From the IMG/VR virus record IMGVR_UViG_3300025646_005470: a stretch of 64,000 nt of DNA; one strand, 5' to 3'. This document shows, in pieces, positions 18,953 through 27,407 of this stretch (position 1 is its first letter; each line of letters opens with the position of its first letter). Under the pieces are notes generated by a model, which saw nothing but the letters and a program-made list of their open reading frames with translations, ran no database searches and was not told the DNA's origin. A program made the translations under genes and the position numbers. This DNA is from a virus.

Positions 18953-20314
18953 CTAGTCTTTTTTTTTCTTAACTTGATCGTTTGATTTAACCTTAACTGT
19001 TTCATCAATATTAATCACAGTTTTTTCTGGTTTATCTTCTAGACTTTTTTGATAATCTAATTGTTCTTGTAGTTCTTGTTCTGCTTGTGATAGTTTTTCA
19101 CGAAATTCATCTAATTCTTTTTCATGTCTTTTTTTTAAATTATCAACTTCTTTTTGATTATCATCTGTTTTAGAATATTTTTTTACTAGTTCTGGATCAT
19201 ATTGTTTTTCAAACCCTCTACCAAAACGTCTAATAAATGACATATTAGCCGCAATTAAAAGCAACACAGCAAGTGGATCAAACACAAATATAATAATGAT
19301 AATGACCCAACGCACTGCTTTTTCTAATAGATCTTTATCAGCTTCTTGACCATAAACAAACTCTGCGATGTATTTTAATGGGCCTACTTCGACTTCTAGT
19401 TTTTGCTGTTCCATTACTAACACAAGTTTGTCTTCATTTACTATGTTCATTTTTTCTTGTTCTTCTTCAATAAAAGTTTCTAATTCAATAATTTTAGTAT
19501 CGATGTTTTCTGTTTTAACATTTGCTTCTGACCTTAATGATGTAATTGTTGCATTTATATCTGCTATTTGATCTGCATATTTTGTATCAACACCAGCAAG
19601 ATTAATTTTAAGTTGATCTTGTATTTCTACTATAATTTTTTGTGCCGCTGATGCTACAGCAAGTTCATTTGCTGTGGCTTTTGCTATTGCTTCGTCTAAA
19701 CCTTTTTTACTAAATGCACCTTTGTAGCGTTCTTGTGCCGCGGCTATGTCGGCATCTTTACGTTCTTTTGCTTGTTGAATTCTATCCTGTTGTAGTTGAA
19801 TTTCTTTGTCTGCTTGTTGTGTTAGTGTATCTTTTTCTTCTTTTATTCTAGCATATATGTTTGCTAGTTCTTCATTCTGTTTATCAATAAGTATATCAAC
19901 ACGAACATTTTCACCACTGTTAAGTCTTGCAATTTCATTTGACCATCTTTCAATTTTATTTTGAGAACGTAAAAGTTTTTCTTCAATTTGATTGAGTTGT
20001 AGTGTTTGTGTTGAGCCTAGCGATGACTGTTCAACGTGTGCTTTTGATAAGAAACCAAAAATACCCATTGATGTAATAAACATCAATACAACCACCGCCG
20101 CACTTAAATATGACCTAATTAGTTTAGGTGCTATTTTCCAGTTTTGATATAACCATGAGGCTGTAACTAATTTACCTACTTCAAGTACAGTTCCCATAAT
20201 CATAATAGGAATTGCCGCCGCGGCGAAGATAGCCGCCAAGCCTGCAATTGAATAGTAAATTGCTACCGCTGAAATGCTTAATGCAGTCAGCAATGTTATT
20301 ATTGCCATGAACAT
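18953..20314 (-). CDS. Membrane-anchored coiled-coil protein
   Basis: N-terminal TMs, LEVGKLV, long coiled coil, GPLKYIAE, IIFVFDPLAVLLLIAA. Confidence 0.7.
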   Translation of the reverse strand: MFMAIITLLTALSISAVAIYYSIAGLAAIFAAAAIPIMIMGTVLEVGKLVTASWLYQNWKIAPKLIRSYLSAAVVVLMFITSMGIFGFLSKAHVEQSSLGSTQTLQLNQIEEKLLRSQNKIERWSNEIARLNSGENVRVDILIDKQNEELANIYARIKEEKDTLTQQADKEIQLQQDRIQQAKERKDADIAAAQERYKGAFSKKGLDEAIAKATANELAVASAAQKIIVEIQDQLKINLAGVDTKYADQIADINATITSLRSEANVKTENIDTKIIELETFIEEEQEKMNIVNEDKLVLVMEQQKLEVEVGPLKYIAEFVYGQEADKDLLEKAVRWVIIIIIFVFDPLAVLLLIAANMSFIRRFGRGFEKQYDPELVKKYSKTDDNQKEVDNLKKRHEKELDEFREKLSQAEQELQEQLDYQKSLEDKPEKTVINIDETVKVKSNDQVKKKKD

Positions 20315-20338
20315 ACTATTATTTATGTGAAAAAATTG

Positions 20339-20965
20339 TTATTTTGATATCCAAATATATCCTTGTCCCCAAGGTTTAGATTTAAAAGTTTTACTGACTT
20401 TTTCGTGTAGTTGTTGTTGAGTGCCGTATGTACTAACACACAATACCCCATCATCGTTAATATATTTCATCCAATAATTAATTTGCTCAAGATTTAAATC
20501 AACTTTATAGGTTATATTAATTACTCCTAGATCATATTTTATTGGCCAATCAAAATTTAACGGTGAATGACACAATATAGGAATTGCTTTTTTATTTTCT
20601 TTTATTGCTTCTGCTAATATATTAAAATCATATTTGCCATGATACTTTTCAGGTATTCTTTTCTTAACACTTGATTTCCAGTCTGGATTCGGTTTATCAC
20701 CTTGTGCCCAACAATTTGTGTCTAATTTTAATGTATCTGCAACTTCTTGAGGGAGTATATCATGTTGATCTGTTTGAGAAGATTCTAAATGTGTTAAATC
20801 GTGTGGAGATTGAAAAGTAAAAATTCGTGCATCTTCATTGGTGTTATCAGAAATATATTTTGTCCAGCCAGCATAGTACGTTCCAATTTCAATTATTGTT
20901 TTTGGATTTCGCTTTAACAGTTCATCAAGCATATCCCATTTTGGAAATACAGCAATACTAGACAT
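20339..20965 (-). CDS. Class I SAM-dependent methyltransferase-like protein
   Basis: IIEIGTYYAGW motif I-like. Confidence 0.55.
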   Translation of the reverse strand: MSSIAVFPKWDMLDELLKRNPKTIIEIGTYYAGWTKYISDNTNEDARIFTFQSPHDLTHLESSQTDQHDILPQEVADTLKLDTNCWAQGDKPNPDWKSSVKKRIPEKYHGKYDFNILAEAIKENKKAIPILCHSPLNFDWPIKYDLGVINITYKVDLNLEQINYWMKYINDDGVLCVSTYGTQQQLHEKVSKTFKSKPWGQGYIWISK

Positions 20966-20968
20966 AAA

Positions 20969-21421
20969 TTACTCAATACTGTAAATGGCTGAGTTGGCTC
21001 CGTGTTCTGCACATTCAACACTTACACAATAGCAACGATTGTTTGTTGCTTCTCTGATCAATCCATCTGCATAGTTAAAAGCATGTTCGGCAAATTTCTC
21101 TGCGCCAACACCATCAAAAATTCTAATTTCTGCTAGATCTAATTTTTCTAATTCTCTAAACTTTTCAAGATGTGGATCGTTTTTATCGAGTGCAAGTTTA
21201 TGATCAAAGTGATCTTCTAACCATTTTTTTAGTGGTTTAAGTCCACCAAAATCTACTGCCCAGTTTTTGTTGTCTAAATGATCACAACCAAAAGTAAATT
21301 TAAATTGTAAACTGTATCCATGTAACAAGTGGCAGTGCGAATGGTCTGCGTTTGGTTGTCTAAACACTGCTGACAGTCCTATGTTGTGTCCATAGGTTTT
21401 TGTACTATAATGTTTTGCCAT
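20969..21421 (-). CDS. queD: 6-carboxytetrahydropterin synthase / PTPS family
   Basis: HCHLLHGY, WAVDFGGLKPLKKWLED.FDH, GAEKFAE, ECAEH. Confidence 0.9.
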   Translation of the reverse strand: MAKHYSTKTYGHNIGLSAVFRQPNADHSHCHLLHGYSLQFKFTFGCDHLDNKNWAVDFGGLKPLKKWLEDHFDHKLALDKNDPHLEKFRELEKLDLAEIRIFDGVGAEKFAEHAFNYADGLIREATNNRCYCVSVECAEHGANSAIYSIE

Positions 21422-21436
21422 AAAGGTCTCCTGTTT

Positions 21437-21479
21437 CTAACGGCAGAGTGTTTAGTGAGGGTTGACGTTTAGTCCTCAT
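21437..21479 (-). promoter_or_regulatory. Candidate preQ1-I-like riboswitch/pseudoknot in queD leader
   Basis: UGAGG-ACUAAACGUCAAC-CCUCA stem-loop; loop AACG can pair with downstream CGUU just before SD AGGAG. Confidence 0.4.
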
Positions 21480-21507
21480 ATGCAAAGTGCGTTGTAGCAT
21501 AGTGTTT

Positions 21508-21536
21508 ATAATACACTAAACAACGCACCTTGTCAA
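21508..21536 (-). promoter_or_regulatory. Sigma70-type promoter of queD
   Basis: TTGACA-17 nt-TATTAT, overlaid by an inverted repeat GTGCGTTG...CAACGCAC. Confidence 0.65.
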
Positions 21537-21541
21537 GAAGA

Positions 21542-21745
21542 TTACTTATGTGGGTTAAAATCCTTTGATATTTGGGATTCAGAACCCTTAAAGTAGTGTT
21601 TTGATGGTTCGTAGGATAACCATCTTTTAAATCGCTTCACACGATCCGACTGGCCGGCCGGATTTTTTAATGACCGTTGCTGTTTGTTAAAAACAGCATT
21701 AAGCATTAGGATCCCGTCGCCCATGGATCTAAAAATCTTTTCCAT
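21542..21745 (-). CDS. Small hypothetical protein
   Basis: MEKIFRSMGDGILMLNAVF...; GGAGA SD before ATG. Confidence 0.5.
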   Translation of the reverse strand: MEKIFRSMGDGILMLNAVFNKQQRSLKNPAGQSDRVKRFKRWLSYEPSKHYFKGSESQISKDFNPHK

Positions 21746-21842
21746 AGACTTCTCCAAATTGTTAAGTTAGGATCGCTTACCGTCTTTTGATGTAATCTGA
21801 GGCGTTAGGCTTTCTACCAATTGTACTTATATTTTTAGTGGT

Positions 21843-21870
21843 AAAAGAAGCCCGTTATAGGCTTCTTTTT
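21843..21870. terminator. Bidirectional-looking terminator
   Basis: AAAAGAAGCC-CGTTATA-GGCTTCTTTT. Confidence 0.7.
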
Positions 21871-22042
21871 AATTATAAAATTTTTGATATAATGAACGAT
21901 ATCTTCCACCGTTGAACTGACCTCTGTCAAGCTCACGTTGGCGTCTTTCAAGATCATAATGATCTTGAGATTGTGCTAGATACTGCTCTTGCCAGTTTGT
22001 TGCTGACTTACCAAATAATGCGTTTAAAATTTGTCTAATCAT
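21869..22042 (-). CDS. Small protein, DUF3563-like (57 aa; not in ORF track)
   Basis: MIRQILNALFGKSATNWQEQYLAQSQDHYDLERRQRELDRGQFNGGRYRSLYQKFYN. Confidence 0.65.
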   Translation of the reverse strand: MIRQILNALFGKSATNWQEQYLAQSQDHYDLERRQRELDRGQFNGGRYRSLYQKFYN

Positions 22043-22188
22043 TATGGTCTAAGTCCTTTCTTTAGTTGCTCATATGCGTACTGTGGATTGTTTCTATATT
22101 CTGTTGTTGCTAGTATCCATAAAGGATCACTACCTTTTTCTTCACTAGGTGCAAAAAATATATCAAACACTCTTTTTAGTTTTTTCAT
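22042..22188 (-). CDS. Small hypothetical protein (48 aa; not in track)
   Basis: MKKLKRVFDIFFAPSEEKGSDPLWILATTEYRNNPQYAYEQLKKGLRP; TAATG coupling to next gene. Confidence 0.6.
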   Translation of the reverse strand: MKKLKRVFDIFFAPSEEKGSDPLWILATTEYRNNPQYAYEQLKKGLRP

Positions 22189-22254
22189 CTACTTCTTTCC
22201 TTGCTTTTTGGGTTTACTAAGTTCTACCCATTCTTCGTATGTGTAAGGCCACAT
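22189..22254 (-). CDS. 21-aa peptide MWPYTYEEW... (not in track)
   Basis: AAGGAG SD upstream, TATAAATA at 22309..22316; TAG followed directly by the next ATG. Confidence 0.55.
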   Translation of the reverse strand: MWPYTYEEWVELSKPKKQGKK

Positions 22255-22386
22255 GTTAATTCTCCTTAATGTTAAGTTAAATATCTTTTGGAATTTTATT
22301 ACCGCAGATATTTATATCTATTATACAGCAAAAAATGTAAATTTTAAGTGTTTTTACAGCAGGTTAGATATGCAGTTTTGCTACAA

Positions 22387-22809
22387 CTACTCTTGAACTT
22401 TTATGCCCATAGAACGACATGATCCTTCTACCTGTGCCATTGCTTGTTCTACAGTAAAAGCATTCATGTCTTCCATTTTGTCTTCAGCAATTTTTCTAAT
22501 CTGATCTTTAGTAATTTGTTTGATAGTAGATCTACCTGGAGTTCTACCACCTTTTGATAACCCAACTGCTTTTAATATATAATATGTAACAGGTGGTTTC
22601 TTAAGAACAAAAGAAAAACTTTTGTCTTTATAAACACTAATCAAACATGGAATAGGACCTTCCATGCCTTTTGTTTTATCGTTGAACTGTTTACAGAATT
22701 CCATGATCTGTATACCACGTTGTCCAAGAGCTGGTCCTACAGGTGGAGCAGGTTTTGCCTGTCCGGCTTCTATTACTAATTTTAAAGTCCCAATGACTTC
22801 TTTAGCCAT
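22387..22809 (-). CDS. rplK: Ribosomal protein uL11
   Basis: [41 protein letters not shown]...EGSCRSMGI; start set at ATG 22809. Confidence 0.96.
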   Translation of the reverse strand: MAKEVIGTLKLVIEAGQAKPAPPVGPALGQRGIQIMEFCKQFNDKTKGMEGPIPCLISVYKDKSFSFVLKKPPVTYYILKAVGLSKGGRTPGRSTIKQITKDQIRKIAEDKMEDMNAFTVEQAMAQVEGSCRSMGIKVQE

Positions 22810-22822
22810 AAACCTCCGTTTG

Positions 22823-23062
22823 TTATGCTGATTCGTTATTTGATTCAGTAGTTGCTTCACCTAAAACTTTTAAGTGTGTTGCAACAGGCTTGCCTTTGTG
22901 TTCAGCAACAGTATATTCCATTGCTTGACCTTGATCAATTTTTGTTATGCCAGCATCTTTAAATGCAGAAACATGAACAAACACATCATTGCCGCCTTCA
23001 TCTGGTACTATGAAGCCAAATCCTTTTGCCGCATTATACCATTTTAATTTACCTGTACTCAT
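22823..23062 (-). CDS. Cold-shock protein (CspA family)
   Basis: [15 protein letters not shown] (RNP1), DVFVHVSAF (RNP2). Confidence 0.95.
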   Translation of the reverse strand: MSTGKLKWYNAAKGFGFIVPDEGGNDVFVHVSAFKDAGITKIDQGQAMEYTVAEHKGKPVATHLKVLGEATTESNNESA

Positions 23063-23292
23063 CTGTACTCCTTGTTGTAGTATACTTTGTAAGCACCATT
23101 TGTAGGCAGTAGCTCACATTCTTTTAAACTATCGTTACCTTCAACCCATAGTTCAAATTCTTCTTTGATCTTACCTTGTCCTGTAATTACAGTAACATAC
23201 TTAAGACCTTGATGCTTGTGTTCATGTACAAACTTTGTAAACTCTCTCCAAGCATCTTGTACATAATAACCATGTAAATCTAAACTAGCCAT
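23059..23292 (-). CDS. Stand-alone Smr domain protein
   Basis: LDLHGY, VTVITGQG, NGAY. Confidence 0.88.
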   Translation of the reverse strand: MASLDLHGYYVQDAWREFTKFVHEHKHQGLKYVTVITGQGKIKEEFELWVEGNDSLKECELLPTNGAYKVYYNKEYR

Positions 23293-23318
23293 TATATACT
23301 AACTTTATTTATAGTTTC

Positions 23319-23729
23319 CTATATCTTTCCAGCTTCCGTTAACTTTGTACGGTTTTTAAGATGTTGTTCTTGAACATCATCTTTGCTTTGTCCATTATAT
23401 AATACTGCGTAGCCTTCGTCAACCATTTTTTTATTAATGGTTGTATTTTCCCAGACTAGTTCTCCTAGTATACGGCCAAATTTTCCTGTTGCATCTTTGT
23501 GTGTTCTAAGTACTGCCATACTACCGGTTGGATAATGGTCTTTTAAATATTTTTTAGATAATAGTCCAAAACGTTTTTCTTCTAGATCTCTAGTTCTTGA
23601 TTCGGGAGTATCTATTCCTAATAATCGTACACGTTCTTTGTGTCTCCATATTCCAAATCCTAAATCAATATCTACATCAACAGTATCACCGTCTATTACT
23701 CTTAATATTTTACAACTATATTCGTGCAT
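23319..23729 (-). CDS. Thermonuclease (SNase-like) protein
   Basis: RVIDGDTVDVDIDLGF, RLLGIDTPESRT, GKFGRILG. Confidence 0.88.
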   Translation of the reverse strand: MHEYSCKILRVIDGDTVDVDIDLGFGIWRHKERVRLLGIDTPESRTRDLEEKRFGLLSKKYLKDHYPTGSMAVLRTHKDATGKFGRILGELVWENTTINKKMVDEGYAVLYNGQSKDDVQEQHLKNRTKLTEAGKI

Positions 23730-24453
23730 TTCTTTTTATGTTTCCTATTGTTTTTTTTATACTTTTGTTATATTCATGTTTTGCTTTTTTTAAATCAACT
23801 GTATTTAGTTGAGCTACAATATAATATACTGTTTGATCGCTCAAATTACGTGCTGTAAAATAATTTCCTGAATCAAGTTGAATTGCTGATCCAGATTCAG
23901 TTGGAATTTTACCAATGTAATCTTTATCTTTTAGTTTAGTTTTGTCCATTGGGTTTGGATTAAACATAACAACATCATAGTACTGTGGACTATTAAGTAA
24001 AAACTTTATTACATTAAAACTATGATGGTCAGTTTCTTTATTTTTATGAAGCTCAATATGTCCTTGAGGCTCTAGTGCCATTATCTCTATTTTTTCTTTT
24101 GACCCAAAATTATAATCTTTTGAAAAAACTTCTCTAAACCATTTTGTCATAGCAGGGCAACACTCTATTACTTTTTCATTCCATTCGCCATCATATGCTA
24201 TAATACTTTTCCAACCATGGCTGTATTCATTTTTATGTGGTTGAAAAAGATTAAATTTATCTAATCCTTTTATTTCATTTTCCCAAGTTTGCCAACTGTA
24301 GCCAATATCTAATTCAATCCAAGGAAAATTTTTAATTAAATTTTCATAATCATCTGATTCATTTATTTCGATAATTTTTTGAATCTTATAATGCTCTCTA
24401 TTAATTAATGGAAGAGACCAGATATCATTTCCTAGATAATCAGGGATAAACAT
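23716..24453 (-). CDS. Asp/Asn beta-hydroxylase-like (2OG-Fe) fold protein, metal ligands look degenerate
   Basis: GWKS, CPAMTKW, IMALEPQGHIELH; HxD reads HKN. Confidence 0.45.
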   Translation of the reverse strand: MFIPDYLGNDIWSLPLINREHYKIQKIIEINESDDYENLIKNFPWIELDIGYSWQTWENEIKGLDKFNLFQPHKNEYSHGWKSIIAYDGEWNEKVIECCPAMTKWFREVFSKDYNFGSKEKIEIMALEPQGHIELHKNKETDHHSFNVIKFLLNSPQYYDVVMFNPNPMDKTKLKDKDYIGKIPTESGSAIQLDSGNYFTARNLSDQTVYYIVAQLNTVDLKKAKHEYNKSIKKTIGNIKRNARI

Positions 24454-24455
24454 TT

Positions 24456-24668
24456 TTATGTGTTTTGGAGTTCTGTTGTTGTTTCGATATCAGTAATTTT
24501 ATCTTTTAACCAGAGTTTGTGTTTTTTCATTACTGTAAGTTTATTGTCATCTACTTGATTTGTATCTAACATTTTTTCAATTGCTGTATGCAACTTTGCG
24601 TGTTGTTCTTTTAATTTCTCTAATTCAGAATTAGACATATTATTCTGTATCCTCATCTTTGGATTCAT
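24456..24668 (-). CDS. DUF465/YdcH-like coiled-coil protein
   Basis: LEKLKEQHAKL...LTVMKKHKLWLKDKI. Confidence 0.7.
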   Translation of the reverse strand: MNPKMRIQNNMSNSELEKLKEQHAKLHTAIEKMLDTNQVDDNKLTVMKKHKLWLKDKITDIETTTELQNT

Positions 24669-24837
24669 TAATTGTTAATACAACTGTTGCACCATTGTTT
24701 TCAGATAACTCATAAACTAACTCTCCAGTTAATTCACCATTACCTAATTCACCAATATCATAGAGATATTGTGCAAATGCATCTACTACTTGTTGATTAG
24801 TTAAATTAAAAGTTTTTTTATTTTTATTTTTTGCCAT
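24640..24837 (-). CDS. Hypothetical protein
   Basis: 65 aa ORF with SD and TAAATA upstream. Confidence 0.55.
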   Translation of the reverse strand: MAKNKNKKTFNLTNQQVVDAFAQYLYDIGELGNGELTGELVYELSENNGATVVLTINESKDEDTE

Positions 24838-24869
24838 TTTTGTACATCCTGCTCATTGTTATTTATCAA

Positions 24870-25361
24870 TTACAAATAATTTCTTATTTGAATTAACCTC
24901 AATAACATTTTTGTGTCCTCGTTAATATATAATGTTTGTAGTTTTTCAGCATATCGACATTTATCCATATACTCTTTATACTCACTATCTTTATCTTCTG
25001 TTGTATGCAACCATTCTTCTTTAAACTTACTATAAGTTGTATCTATATCTTTCCATGGATCAGTACGTTGTGTTCTAAGATCAACCCACCAATTATATAA
25101 TATTTTAATCTCTTGTAGTGCAGATTGATAATGTGGATCTTTAGATTTCTGTGCATATAGCCAATCTATACCTAATAAACCTTTTTCTTTACTTCTATAA
25201 GAAATATCGGGGCTACTAGTATATATTTGTGCAACATAGTATTCAACAAAATTTTGTAAGTGAGTAAAATTGTCATATAATATTTGATCACCTGTAGAAA
25301 TTGTTTCATCTTTATTAGGAACGGTATGAAACCACTGGCGAAGTATATTTACTAATGACAT
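24870..25361 (-). CDS. Hypothetical protein
   Basis: 163 aa ORF. Confidence 0.55.
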   Translation of the reverse strand: MSLVNILRQWFHTVPNKDETISTGDQILYDNFTHLQNFVEYYVAQIYTSSPDISYRSKEKGLLGIDWLYAQKSKDPHYQSALQEIKILYNWWVDLRTQRTDPWKDIDTTYSKFKEEWLHTTEDKDSEYKEYMDKCRYAEKLQTLYINEDTKMLLRLIQIRNYL

Positions 25362-25391
25362 GATTTATTATAGCATATTAATTGATTTAAA

Positions 25392-26246
25392 TCAATCGTC
25401 TTTTTTGACCAAAGTAAACTGTTCTGAAATATTACCTTGGAAAGCATAAGATCCATAGTGATCTAAATTAATTGACGGATCCATCCAAATTTCACCACCC
25501 ATTTTTTGCCAACGTCTACAGAATGTATAATCTTCTGAAAGATACCTTCTTGATTCTGGTTCAATCATTGTGTCAAATAATGCATAAAAATATGGTTGTA
25601 AACTTGGATCCGTATTTAGATCATTATTGTATCTTGTATCAGCATATTCTTTAGTCATTTTATCTATGACTTCTCGTTTGATCATCATAAATCCTGTACC
25701 AGCATCTAACACAGGAATTAATCCTTTTATCAATGGAATTTCTTTTGTGTCGCTGTGTTCACGTTTGATATTTAACACGTATGATGCTTGAAACTTTGCT
25801 AGTTCAAATGGATCAGTTGTTTTTTGATCTGTGGCTACTCCATGTACTGCTGGCCAATTAATTGATTTTTTAGGATAAGCACCTGTAACAATCTCTTTGT
25901 CTCTGTGTAATAGTTTAATAATATCTTGAGGTATAAATCCAATATCAGCATCAATAAACATCAAATGAGTAAATTGTGGATCTTTTAAAAACATTGCTGT
26001 AAGGGTGTTGCGAGCTCGTGTAACTAAACTTTCATTTGAAAGAGTTGCTAGTGTAAAATTTAACCCATAGTGTTTGAAAAGAATAGCAAGACCTGTCATT
26101 GCTTTTAGATACGGTTCACCTATCATACCACCATAACAAGGTGTTGCAATCATTACATGATGTTTTCTTAATGTTTCTATGTCAACATCAATACGATCAT
26201 TCATGTTTTTACTTAATGGTTGATTTAATTTTGTTTCGTCGCTCAT
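25392..26246 (-). CDS. Glycosyltransferase-like protein (GT-A)
   Basis: IATPCYGG, SLVTRARN, MFIDADI, AGTGFMMIKR, LSEDYTFCRRW. Confidence 0.75.
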   Translation of the reverse strand: MSDETKLNQPLSKNMNDRIDVDIETLRKHHVMIATPCYGGMIGEPYLKAMTGLAILFKHYGLNFTLATLSNESLVTRARNTLTAMFLKDPQFTHLMFIDADIGFIPQDIIKLLHRDKEIVTGAYPKKSINWPAVHGVATDQKTTDPFELAKFQASYVLNIKREHSDTKEIPLIKGLIPVLDAGTGFMMIKREVIDKMTKEYADTRYNNDLNTDPSLQPYFYALFDTMIEPESRRYLSEDYTFCRRWQKMGGEIWMDPSINLDHYGSYAFQGNISEQFTLVKKDD

Positions 26247-26249
26247 TTA

Positions 26250-26609
26250 TTAATCTCCTGTTCCAGGTTTTTCAGACAGAAGACCTTTTTTTGATTTGCC
26301 GTAATTTTTTGGATCATATTCATCTGCTTCTGGTAATGCATCTTTTTTCTTTGTGATATTTGGCCATTGTTTAGCATACTCAGTATTTATGTGAACCCAA
26401 TAGTCTAATTCTGATTTAGCAATATTTGGATCAGTATCTGCCACAATTGCATCAACTGGACATTCTGGCTCACATACGCCACAGTCGATACATTCGTCTG
26501 GATTAATGGCTAGAAAATTTTCTCCTTCATAGAAACAATCTACTGGACAAACTTCAACACAGTCTGTATGTTTACATTTAATACAGTTTTCATTTACTAC
26601 GTAGGTCAT
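26250..26609 (-). CDS. fdxA: 7Fe ferredoxin FdxA type
   Basis: [29 protein letters not shown]...[12 protein letters not shown]. Confidence 0.95.
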   Translation of the reverse strand: MTYVVNENCIKCKHTDCVEVCPVDCFYEGENFLAINPDECIDCGVCEPECPVDAIVADTDPNIAKSELDYWVHINTEYAKQWPNITKKKDALPEADEYDPKNYGKSKKGLLSEKPGTGD

Positions 26610-26648
26610 AGTTGTATAATACTATAGATAGTTAAAAAAGTCAAGTAA

Positions 26649-27275
26649 TTAACTAATAATATTATCCCAAGATGGTCTTGGTTTGTCAGGATGTTTTTCT
26701 TTGTTTGATTCTTTCTCACTTGCAAAACCAAACCCTACCATCACTATAGGTAAACCTTCTATGTCTAAAAATTCTTTTAAACATTCATTATCAAAACAAC
26801 CACAAAAGCCACTCTGCACTCCAAGAGATTCTGCTGTTATAATTGAATTCCAACAAGACAATCCAATATCAAGATAATCGTTATCTATTGGATCTCCGTC
26901 TGCAAAATACCATACTAAAAGTAATGGAGCAAGTGCTTGTCCGTTTATTTGTGTTCTTAATATTCTTTGATTATTCCACTCATATGCTTCTTTAACTGAT
27001 CTTGGTGATCTTAAAACCATTAAATCATTATCGTCACTATAACGAACTTCTTTGTTTGATACTGTACAGATATATTCATATAGTCCTACTTTGGCACGTC
27101 TATGTTCTAAACTTTGCCCTAATACTTTTACTTTAAAGTTGTATCTATTATTACAAGAAGGCGTTTGTGCTACTGATTTTTTAATCAAATCAACAATATG
27201 TTGTGGAATTGGGTTACCATCAAAATACTTAACTGTTGTTCTTTGTTCTAATATCTTTTCTAATTGATCTAACAT
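26649..27275 (-). CDS. Nitroreductase-family protein
   Basis: RTTVKYF, TPSCNN, DIGLS...AESLGVQSGFCGC. Confidence 0.75.
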   Translation of the reverse strand: MLDQLEKILEQRTTVKYFDGNPIPQHIVDLIKKSVAQTPSCNNRYNFKVKVLGQSLEHRRAKVGLYEYICTVSNKEVRYSDDNDLMVLRSPRSVKEAYEWNNQRILRTQINGQALAPLLLVWYFADGDPIDNDYLDIGLSCWNSIITAESLGVQSGFCGCFDNECLKEFLDIEGLPIVMVGFGFASEKESNKEKHPDKPRPSWDNIIS

Positions 27276-27306
27276 AACTTTATTTATAATAGTAGTTAAT
27301 TATATA

Positions 27307-27396
27307 TGGCGGAAGGGGAGAGATTCGAACTCTCGATAGACTTGCGCCTATGCCGGTTTTCAAGACCGGTGCATTCAACCGCTCTGCCACCCTTCC
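27307..27396 (-). tRNA. tRNA-Ser (TGA)
   Basis: GGAAGGGTGGCAGAGCGGTTGAATGCACCGGTCT-TGA-AAACCGG, long variable arm, GTTCGAATC, CCA. Confidence 0.97.
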
Positions 27397-27407
27397 TTTT
27401 AAATTAT

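Noticed and set aside
21542-21840. tmRNA or other large ncRNA in the GC-richer patch upstream of queD
   Set aside because: No tRNA-like ends or tag frame; the patch is explained by a small ORF with an SD.
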